This document shows positions 18,007 through 25,900 of a DNA stretch of 63,939 bases, in pieces. Within the stretch, counting starts at the first letter, position 1. Every line of letters starts with the position of its first letter. A model generated the notes under the pieces. It was not told where the DNA came from. It saw only the letters and a list, made by a program, of their open reading frames with translations, and searched no databases. This DNA comes from a virus (taxonomy: Duplodnaviria > Caudoviricetes), in the IMG/VR virus record IMGVR_UViG_3300025018_000162, positions 1-63,939 of that record. One strand, given 5' to 3'. The position numbers and the translations under genes were made by a program.

Positions 18007-18279
18007 ATGGGAGATTATACAGACAGTGGCTGTATCGATATAGTCGGTGCAGCCTTCAAAAAGGGACTTAAAAAGACAAGCAAGATAGAGGAAATTAAAA
18101 CGAACCTGCAGTTTGTTGAGGATAGCGTCATCTTCCGCCTTTGGTGCATCGTCACTGAACAGAACGAGGAGAGGTTAAAGAACTTAACAAAGATTAGGAA
18201 TCACAGCTTTATTAAAGAGATAAGAAATGGAGAATGTCGTAACAGTACCCCTATTCGTCCTTTTGCCACGGAAAACTAA
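18007..18279 (+). CDS. hypothetical protein
   Basis: 90 aa ORF. Confidence 0.45.
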   Translation: MGDYTDSGCIDIVGAAFKKGLKKTSKIEEIKTNLQFVEDSVIFRLWCIVTEQNEERLKNLTKIRNHSFIKEIRNGECRNSTPIRPFATEN

Positions 18280-18619
18280 ACCAGCTAAGAAGATGATTTT
18301 AAACCTGAATCAATATCGTAACTGGCACTACATAAATAGCAACAACGCAAAAAGGGCTTACAAGGAATCGCTTAAACCGCAACTAGAGAACTTGAAATTT
18401 GATAAACCTATCACGTTACACTTCAAGTTGTTTAAGGGCTCAAAAAGGAGAATAGACAGAGCTAATGTTCTGTCTATACATGAGAAATTTTTTTGTGATG
18501 CAATGACAGAATACGGATGCATCCCAGACGACAACGATGAGTTTATTAAAGAAACAAAATATACAAGTGGTAGCATTGACAAAGATAATCCAAGGGTTGA
18601 AATAACGATAGCCACATAA
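18227..18619 (+). CDS. rusA: RusA-like Holliday junction resolvase
   Basis: RRIDRAN..KFFCDAM..GCIPDDN..NPRVEITI. Confidence 0.7.
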   Translation: MENVVTVPLFVLLPRKTKPAKKMILNLNQYRNWHYINSNNAKRAYKESLKPQLENLKFDKPITLHFKLFKGSKRRIDRANVLSIHEKFFCDAMTEYGCIPDDNDEFIKETKYTSGSIDKDNPRVEITIAT

Positions 18620-18630
18620 GTCGCAATATA

Positions 18631-21315
18631 ATGGATACAAAAAAAATAATAAACGAATACATAGACGGCTCAGATTGGAGAATAAAGGAGAACTCCAACA
18701 TGGCATATAGCCTGCAAGGACTCAATAATCATGTCGTCTCACATGCAATATCGGATTACTGGCTTAAAGAAATATATCCGACAAAGATAGGCGAGGCTCA
18801 TCTTAATGGAGATTATCACATACACGACCTGTCCAGTCTCGGATCGTATTGCGGAGGTTGGGATTTGAAAGACATCTTGATACACGGGTTCAATGGTGTC
18901 AGCGGAAAGGTTGAGTCTAGCCCTCCCAAGCATTTAAGGAGTGCGCTTGGGCAGTTGGTTAACTTTATGTATACTCTACAGGGGGAAATGGCAGGAGCGC
19001 AAGCTGTCTCGTCATTTGACACATTGTTAGCACCATATGTGAGGTACGACGGTTTAGATTACACAGCCGTTAAACAGGCAATACAGGAGTTTGTCTTCAA
19101 CATGAACGTTCCAACACGGGTCGGATTTCAATGTTTATCTGAGGATACAGAAATCCTAACTAGCAATGGGTGGGCCACACATAACGAGGTTGGGGTTGGA
19201 GAGCAAATCCTCACATACAATCTAGATAACGAAACAATAGAAAAGAAAAATGTTAAAGAATTCTTTAGAAGGGACTATTCTGGTGAAATGTATCATTTAA
19301 AAAATAGGGATACAGACCAACTAATCTCACCAGAGCATAGAGTTGTGAGAAGAAAATCGAACGGAGGAGAGGTCGAACTAATTAAAATAGAAGACTTACT
19401 TGAACTCAAAGGACCATATAATATCCCAGTTAAAACAAATGGGTACGATAGTGGAGACAATATTAATAGGTATAAAATGCTCTTGGCAGCTTGGATAATC
19501 TCAGAAGGCACAGTAGACAGACATGGGCGTGGTGTTGGAAGAATTTCTATCGCGCAGAAAAAGGGAACTAGCGGATACGAAAGAATACAGTATATCTTGA
19601 ACAAATTAGATTTTTACCCATACGAGAGAACAAGCACCAGCGAGTGGGGTGAGTGTACACAAATCAGACTTTCTGCTGAAGACAGCAAAATAATGTATGA
19701 GTTCTTTAACAGCGACAAGCAAACTGGGCTAAAGTTTATCCCAGATGTCATAAAGAATTCAAGCAAACAAAATATAATCGATTTCATAAACGAGTACATA
19801 AAGGGGGACGGGAACAAAGAGGATTTCACAACATCTACTATTTTCCCACAGCTCGTGGACGATTTTGGGGAGATGGCGGTGAAAGCTGGGTACCTAATGA
19901 ACGTTTGCGTCAAGAAGCCTGGTAGAAATAGCAAAAGAGATTTATACTCGCTTAACTTCAGGAGTGTGTCTAACGCGTATATCCAAAAAGAAGATGTTAA
20001 AAAGGTAAACTATTCTGGGATTATTTGGTGCCCGACGACAGATAATGGAACAATCATCGCAAGAAGAAACGGTAAAATATTCCTAACTGGAAACTCGGTT
20101 TTCAGCAACATCACGATGGATATTGTTCCAGATAAGGACACTGGTAATGAGAATGTTGTTGTAGATGGTAAGATAATGAAGGAGAAATATAAAGACTTCG
20201 ATAAAGAACGAGACACGATAAACATTGCCTTCGCCGATGTGATGATGGAAGGAGATGCCAAGGGGAGGATTTTCACATTCCCTATACCGACATACAATAT
20301 AACAAAGGAGTTCAAGTGGGGCTCACCAGTAGCGAACAAGGTGTTCGAAATGACTGGTAAGTATGGGATTCCATACTTCAGTAATTTTATTAATTCGGAT
20401 ATGGACCCAAGTGACGTCAGATCGATGTGTTGTCGTTTGCGTATCGACAACAGGACGCTCAAAAAAAGAGGAGGCGGTCTGTTCGGTGCCAATCCCTTGA
20501 CTGGTAGCATCGGTATAGTGACAATCAATTTACCAAGAATCGGATACTTGTCGAAAACAAACGATGAGTTCTTCGGGAGAATAAGTGAACTAATGGATTT
20601 AGCAAAAGAAAGCTTGGTCATTAAAAGAAAGGTTATCGAAGAGAAAACAGCCCGCGGCATGTATCCATACTCAGCGCATTATTTGAAGTTGGTTCACGAA
20701 AGGTTCGGTGAGTATTGGAAGAACCACTTTTCAACAATAGGTCTTATAGGGATGAACGAGGCAAGCCTTAATTTGCATGGATGTACAATCGCAACAAAAG
20801 AAGGCAAGGAATTCGCAGAAGAGACACTAATCTTTATGAGAGATAAGCTGATAGCGTATCAAGAAGAAACTGGAGATGTTTGGAATCTAGAGGCAACACC
20901 AGCAGAGGGAACGACAAGAAGATTGGCTGCGTTCGACAAGAAAAAGTACCCAGACATAATTGTTGCGAATGAAGATTCATTCAACAAAACAGGAGCAGCT
21001 CCATACTACACAAATTCATCGCATCTACCAGTCGACTATACGAGCGACGCCTTCGAATCTTTAGACCACCAAGATAGCTTACAGGCCCTATACACTGGCG
21101 GTACAGTAAGTCATATGTACCTAGGTGAGTCAATAAAAGATTATAGGTCTGTGGAAAAGTTAGTTAAAACAATTGCAGAAAAATATACTCTGCCATACTT
21201 TACAATAACACCAACATTCTCGGTATGTCCAGTTCATGGATTCTTGTCTGGTGAACATCAGTATTGTCCGAAGTGTGATGCAGAGTTAAAAGAACAACAC
21301 AATGAAGAAAACTAA
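18631..21315 (+). CDS. nrdD: anaerobic (class III) ribonucleotide reductase, intein-containing, lacking the glycyl-radical C-terminus
   Basis: DWRIKENSN, HIHDL, YCGGW, SMCCRL, EATPAEG, YTGGTV, CPVHG...CPKC. Confidence 0.95.
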   Translation: MDTKKIINEYIDGSDWRIKENSNMAYSLQGLNNHVVSHAISDYWLKEIYPTKIGEAHLNGDYHIHDLSSLGSYCGGWDLKDILIHGFNGVSGKVESSPPKHLRSALGQLVNFMYTLQGEMAGAQAVSSFDTLLAPYVRYDGLDYTAVKQAIQEFVFNMNVPTRVGFQCLSEDTEILTSNGWATHNEVGVGEQILTYNLDNETIEKKNVKEFFRRDYSGEMYHLKNRDTDQLISPEHRVVRRKSNGGEVELIKIEDLLELKGPYNIPVKTNGYDSGDNINRYKMLLAAWIISEGTVDRHGRGVGRISIAQKKGTSGYERIQYILNKLDFYPYERTSTSEWGECTQIRLSAEDSKIMYEFFNSDKQTGLKFIPDVIKNSSKQNIIDFINEYIKGDGNKEDFTTSTIFPQLVDDFGEMAVKAGYLMNVCVKKPGRNSKRDLYSLNFRSVSNAYIQKEDVKKVNYSGIIWCPTTDNGTIIARRNGKIFLTGNSVFSNITMDIVPDKDTGNENVVVDGKIMKEKYKDFDKERDTINIAFADVMMEGDAKGRIFTFPIPTYNITKEFKWGSPVANKVFEMTGKYGIPYFSNFINSDMDPSDVRSMCCRLRIDNRTLKKRGGGLFGANPLTGSIGIVTINLPRIGYLSKTNDEFFGRISELMDLAKESLVIKRKVIEEKTARGMYPYSAHYLKLVHERFGEYWKNHFSTIGLIGMNEASLNLHGCTIATKEGKEFAEETLIFMRDKLIAYQEETGDVWNLEATPAEGTTRRLAAFDKKKYPDIIVANEDSFNKTGAAPYYTNSSHLPVDYTSDAFESLDHQDSLQALYTGGTVSHMYLGESIKDYRSVEKLVKTIAEKYTLPYFTITPTFSVCPVHGFLSGEHQYCPKCDAELKEQHNEEN
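19132..20094 (+). mobile_element. intein with LAGLIDADG endonuclease in NrdD (321 aa)
   Basis: GFQ|CLSEDTEIL...SPEHR...AWIISEG...YIKGDG...FLTGN|SVFSN. Confidence 0.9.
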
Positions 21316-21451
21316 ATGTGAAGTCTTCAGTCGCGTTAATGGTTATCTAAGACCAGTAGGCGCATGGAACGATGCTAAACAGGCAGAGTTTAAAGACAGA
21401 GTAATGTATAAAACAGATGGAATTAACAAGAGAACAAAGACGAGAGATTAA
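21302..21451 (+). CDS. stand-alone NrdD glycyl-radical domain (49 aa, not in ORF track)
   Basis: MKKTKCEVFSRVNGYLRPVGAWNDAKQAEFKDR; RxxGY motif; overlaps the nrdD stop. Confidence 0.85.
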   Translation: MKKTKCEVFSRVNGYLRPVGAWNDAKQAEFKDRVMYKTDGINKRTKTRD

Positions 21452-21680
21452 AGCTTTTTCTAGGGAGGTAGCCCCATATTATAAACTCTTCAATTGGAGG
21501 TGGGGACAGGAACAGTTAATCCCGACAGCGAGAGAAATAGAAGAGTTAGTGTATAATCACATGGACTATATAAACAATAACCACGCGGACAATGTATCCA
21601 GTGGTGGTATCTCAGTAGAAAAAAACGAAGAAGGCCAACACGAGGTTTCGTGGTCTATCACGAATAGCATCTGGATTTAA
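21417..21680 (+). CDS. hypothetical protein
   Basis: 87 aa ORF. Confidence 0.55.
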   Translation: MELTREQRREIKAFSREVAPYYKLFNWRWGQEQLIPTAREIEELVYNHMDYINNNHADNVSSGGISVEKNEEGQHEVSWSITNSIWI

Positions 21681-21692
21681 TTCCAGGCTAGC

Positions 21693-21764
21693 AGGGGTAT
21701 GTTTCAAGGTTGACGACATTGTCTCCAAAACAACGTGCGGTAAGTTCGATTCTTACCCATCGTG
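21693..21764 (+). pseudogene. degenerate tRNA-Trp(CCA)
   Basis: TTGT-CTCCAAA-ACAA and GTAAG-TTCGATT-CTTAC arms intact; acceptor stem pairs poorly. Confidence 0.55.
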
Positions 21765-21787
21765 CTTATACTTAATATAAAAATACA

Positions 21788-22402
21788 ATGAGAAGAGCAG
21801 AAGGAACCGAGAGTCTGCCTCCACGGACAGACAACAGAGAATTTAGCGGTGGTTATGTGGATAATAGTGCCTGGGGCACATTTACGAGAATGGAACCAGA
21901 AGGCGAAAGCTTAGAGCCACCACTACAGATAAGTGATAGCGCTAGAGATGCATTGCGTTCATATGCGAGCTCTGTATATCAGGACATGGCGGCCTCCGTG
22001 TTCCAACCAGAATATTCGATGGATTATGAAAGAAGGGGAGGCGACGATAGACACATAGTCAACCGTTATAGATTAGCAGATAGTCCGTCAACAAGGATAG
22101 AATTCAGCGATGGGTCATCCGAGACTATTCTAGAAGAGTATTCGCGGAGGCAGGGGAGCACTGATGTCATGGCAGAATCGGTCGATGCATTCACATGGTT
22201 ATGTAATAAATATAGGGAGAGTGGTCCGCCAATATATACCTCACCAGACTACCTTCTTATGGAGTTTTTCACCCTGTATGGACTTGAAGACAAGACATTA
22301 AAGGAGAGGGAAACGCACGTTAAAAAAACAAATAACGACGCCGACTATTTTAATTCGTTGTGTTTAAGAATTATGGAAGTAATAGAAAAAGTAAATGAAT
22401 GA
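21788..22402 (+). CDS. hypothetical protein with near-C-terminal tag
   Basis: NDADYFNSLCL near the end. Confidence 0.55.
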   Translation: MRRAEGTESLPPRTDNREFSGGYVDNSAWGTFTRMEPEGESLEPPLQISDSARDALRSYASSVYQDMAASVFQPEYSMDYERRGGDDRHIVNRYRLADSPSTRIEFSDGSSETILEEYSRRQGSTDVMAESVDAFTWLCNKYRESGPPIYTSPDYLLMEFFTLYGLEDKTLKERETHVKKTNNDADYFNSLCLRIMEVIEKVNE

Positions 22403-22592
22403 TTATAAAATATCTGCAATAATGCTATCTAAAATAAAGCCTAAGATGTTTAACAAGGACTGGATGGACGCCAACAAGCTGCTTGGAGAGTTCCAGAAAA
22501 AGGCGTATAAAAAAGATGAGCTAAAAGAAAAGCATTTCGTTTATCTAGTTAACAAAATTTTCGAAGAGGAAGAAAAGAATGAAAATAGATAA
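22395..22592 (+). CDS. hypothetical protein
   Basis: 65 aa, coupled to neighbours. Confidence 0.5.
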   Translation: MNDYKISAIMLSKIKPKMFNKDWMDANKLLGEFQKKAYKKDELKEKHFVYLVNKIFEEEEKNENR

Positions 22593-22830
22593 TGAACATA
22601 TTTTAAAAGGGGACTGGCTAATGTATAAAAAGCCATATAAGATTAAGGACATGAGGCATAATTCCCCTTTAATAGATAAAGGGATATATGATGCATTTCA
22701 CGTAGCGTTTAATGGGATAGCTGTTAAGTTGACAAATGGGAAGAAATATGTTTCAACAAAAGGGATATTCGATAAAGACAAAAAGGAAATAGATGGGATG
22801 TACTATATAGACTCCTGGAAAATATTCTAA
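22579..22830 (+). CDS. hypothetical protein
   Basis: 83 aa, last gene of + arm. Confidence 0.5.
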   Translation: MKIDNEHILKGDWLMYKKPYKIKDMRHNSPLIDKGIYDAFHVAFNGIAVKLTNGKKYVSTKGIFDKDKKEIDGMYYIDSWKIF

Positions 22831-22840
22831 AATAAACGAC

Positions 22841-22872
22841 AAAAAGAGCCACCGTAATTGGTGGCTTTCTTT
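22841..22872. terminator. bidirectional intrinsic terminator
   Basis: AAAAA-GAGCCACC-GTAATT-GGTGGCTT-TCTTT between convergent arms. Confidence 0.75.
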
Positions 22873-22957
22873 GTATCTAAGGGGTGTTATAGTGCTAAAT
22901 TACCGTATAGAACACCCCGTATTGAGATATAAATGTAAAAGATGGTGTATGGTACCT

Positions 22958-25900
22958 TTATTTGGTTAACTCCTTGTTATCGGCTATATATGAGCCTACA
23001 ATGCCAGCTTCTGTTTGGTATTCTTTTATTGCTTCGTCATATTCTTCCTTGTTAAGAAGGTCTACAACTCTAAAGATTGCATTAGGTATCTTTGTTGGTA
23101 TAACTACATCCTCGTTGCTGTTAATCTTTCTTAACTTTCTTAACTGTTTCTCTACGCCAGAGTATGTTTTTTTAACACGAGACGCTCTCTCTATGTCTGG
23201 TCCAACTCTAGACTCCTTAGCTTTCTTATAGTCTGATTCTGCCTTTGTTAATCCATCGTAGAATTCAGAATAGCCAGCCCCAGTAAACAAATATGTTTCA
23301 TTTTTAACAATCCTTGTGAATGTTTCACCAAGTCCTTTTAATGGACCAGACAATACTCCTTCATCTATGTACTTGGTTAGGGCATCTGTTCCTCTACCAG
23401 CAGTCGCCTTGATATAGTGTTCTATTTGTATAGGAGAAAGTCCCTGAGTTTTCATTAAATCTGTTTGACCTAGCATAATTGCCAAATCACTAGTCCAGGG
23501 ATAATACCTCTCTTCGCTAGGTTTCTTCCTCATATACTCAGATTCTAGTTCTTTGTATTCTGGGAACGTTTTAGCGTTCATAGCTATCTCTACCATCGGC
23601 TTGATAATTTGTGGAATCCAACTTGTTGCTGCCTCTTTCCATTTGGTTACATCATACTGATTTGGTGTGTATATATTTTTTATACTTACAGCATAATCCT
23701 TCCAACTATACTTCTTATCAAGGAAGGCCTCTGCCATAGCCATGTTGAGCATCAATCCGACTTCGTTGTAATTACCAGCTATTCTAACTTTTGTCAGCTC
23801 TTTCAAATCCCCATGCATTGTATATATGTGGTTCTCTAATCCATAGGCATTTTGGTTAAGGTAGTCGTTCATCAAGGATTGAGCTTGTTCCTTTTCTTCT
23901 CCTGTTCCGTTTTCTACAGCGTTGTTGTATTGATTCAACATATAAAGGAAACCAGCTGCACTCATCCCACCTGCTATTAATCGGACCGTGAGCGCTTTTT
24001 TGCGTGTGTCCTTATCTCTCACCGCCTTAAGGGCAGAGTATATGTATTGTTTAGTTGAATTTGCGTAAACGATTGAGTCTTCCCATGCACGTAAATGTTT
24101 ACCAAGCATCTTCCCTCTGTGGCTGAATGCTCCCGTAACCCTGTTGGCTTCTTCTAGCGCGACTGCGTGTATCTTGCCAGCCTCTATTCCTTTAACATAC
24201 TCTGCGAATCTGTTCATCGTCTCTGTCCTTTCTCCTACATAGGCCATAGCGTTTCCAATTTTGTCTCCTGTCCACCCTATATAATCTACTAATCCGTCCT
24301 TAACAATCTTCGCGCTTCTAAGTGTTTTATATGGGTCATCTTCGTATTGTCTTACAAGGGTGTTCCCTAGACCAGACGCTACCTTATATTGTTCCCACAG
24401 CTCTCTGTATTTTTTCATATTTGGGGACATTTCTGATATCTTGGTGTTCTTACCCAAGCCAGCCATTGACATGTATCTAACGCCATCAACTATAGGGATG
24501 ATAAAGTTCTTCGATTGCGCTGCTGCTGGAACCCAGTCAATAGCTACGTTTGTTATTGCAAAAGCTGGGTACATTATTCCAGTCGTTGCCTTGACAAATA
24601 CGTTAGAAAATGCTTTAATTACTCTATGGGTTCTATCGGTTTCTCTCATTGCCTTGCCAGTATCGAAAACGTCTTTTAATTGGTTGCTGATTTGCATATC
24701 AACCCACTCATCTTTATATCTGAACTGGACCATGTTACCATTAATAGTTGGGAAAAATGTAACTTCATCCTCTCCTATCGCCCGTCTACCGACAATTTCT
24801 ATCTCTCCTTTAGGGTCAAGCTCGTATAGTTTCTCTAGGGTTGTTTGCAACATAACCTTAGCCCCTATATATGACTGGGCTTTGGCGGTTGTAACAAATG
24901 GGTCTATGAGTGCTTTTTCTGAACCCTTGAATTTGCGCATAGTACTAGGGGTTGTGTCTTTCCTTCCAGAAGTGAACACTCCGTCTACTGCACCACCCTC
25001 AACTTCGTCTATAACACTTCTTGCGAAAGTTGCGTATCCTTTTTTGTTTATAAGGTAGTTACCGTAGTCCTTGCTAATCAATCCTGAATCCATTAACAGT
25101 CTAACTGGCTCATTTGCCATCGCATCGAATTGTTTATTGAAATCAGCGAATGCTTCAGCGTTATCCTCCACTATCATTTTAATGTTCTCCATGTCTGGGT
25201 TAGACCTCTCTAAAATAGACTTTTCTTGGGACAAGACGTCTTGTTCAAATTCTGTCAATATATCTTTGTCCTCAAGTCTTTTTACGTTTTCTGCTACCTC
25301 GTACAAACGTCTAGACCCTAGGTATGCTGAGTAATCTTGGTATGCGCCAGTATTAGACACATCTGTGCCGAGTGTGTACCAGTTATATTCGAACTTCTTG
25401 ATAGGCGTTCCTATTTTGTCTGTAATATAGTAGCCGTCTGGTCTTGTCATATTGCTTATGGCAATTCTTGGCACGGTGTCTATCAATCTGTAAAAGACAG
25501 ATGGGTCAGATGCTGTCCCGTCTAGCCCGTTAGCCTTTGCTAAAGCCTCCATTGGTCTAACGTAATCGACAGCGTGTTTTATAGCATAGTCTTCTAATGT
25601 ATAAATTGATTTTCCACTAGCTTCTCTTTTGTTAAAGACCATCTTAGCCTTCTCCTGCTCGAGCGCGGTTAATGAAAGGTACTTTGCAATAACTTGGTTA
25701 ACCTCGCCGATCGCTTCGCCTACTAGTTTGTCATAATATTTACCAGTAGATTTTATAAAAGATTCAACTAAAAATGGATAATCTTTTGCTATTTGTTCTG
25801 GTATTAATGCGTTCATTTCTATCAACGTCGCGTATCCTTCTCGTAGTATATCTTTAGAGCTAAGCGTTTTGTTTGGATTATAATATTCTGTATATATTTT

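Noticed and set aside
20965-20990. NEDSFNK inside NrdD resembling the C-terminal tag
   Set aside because: Internal, lacks the downstream aromatic-Leu, and lies in a variable loop; probably chance.
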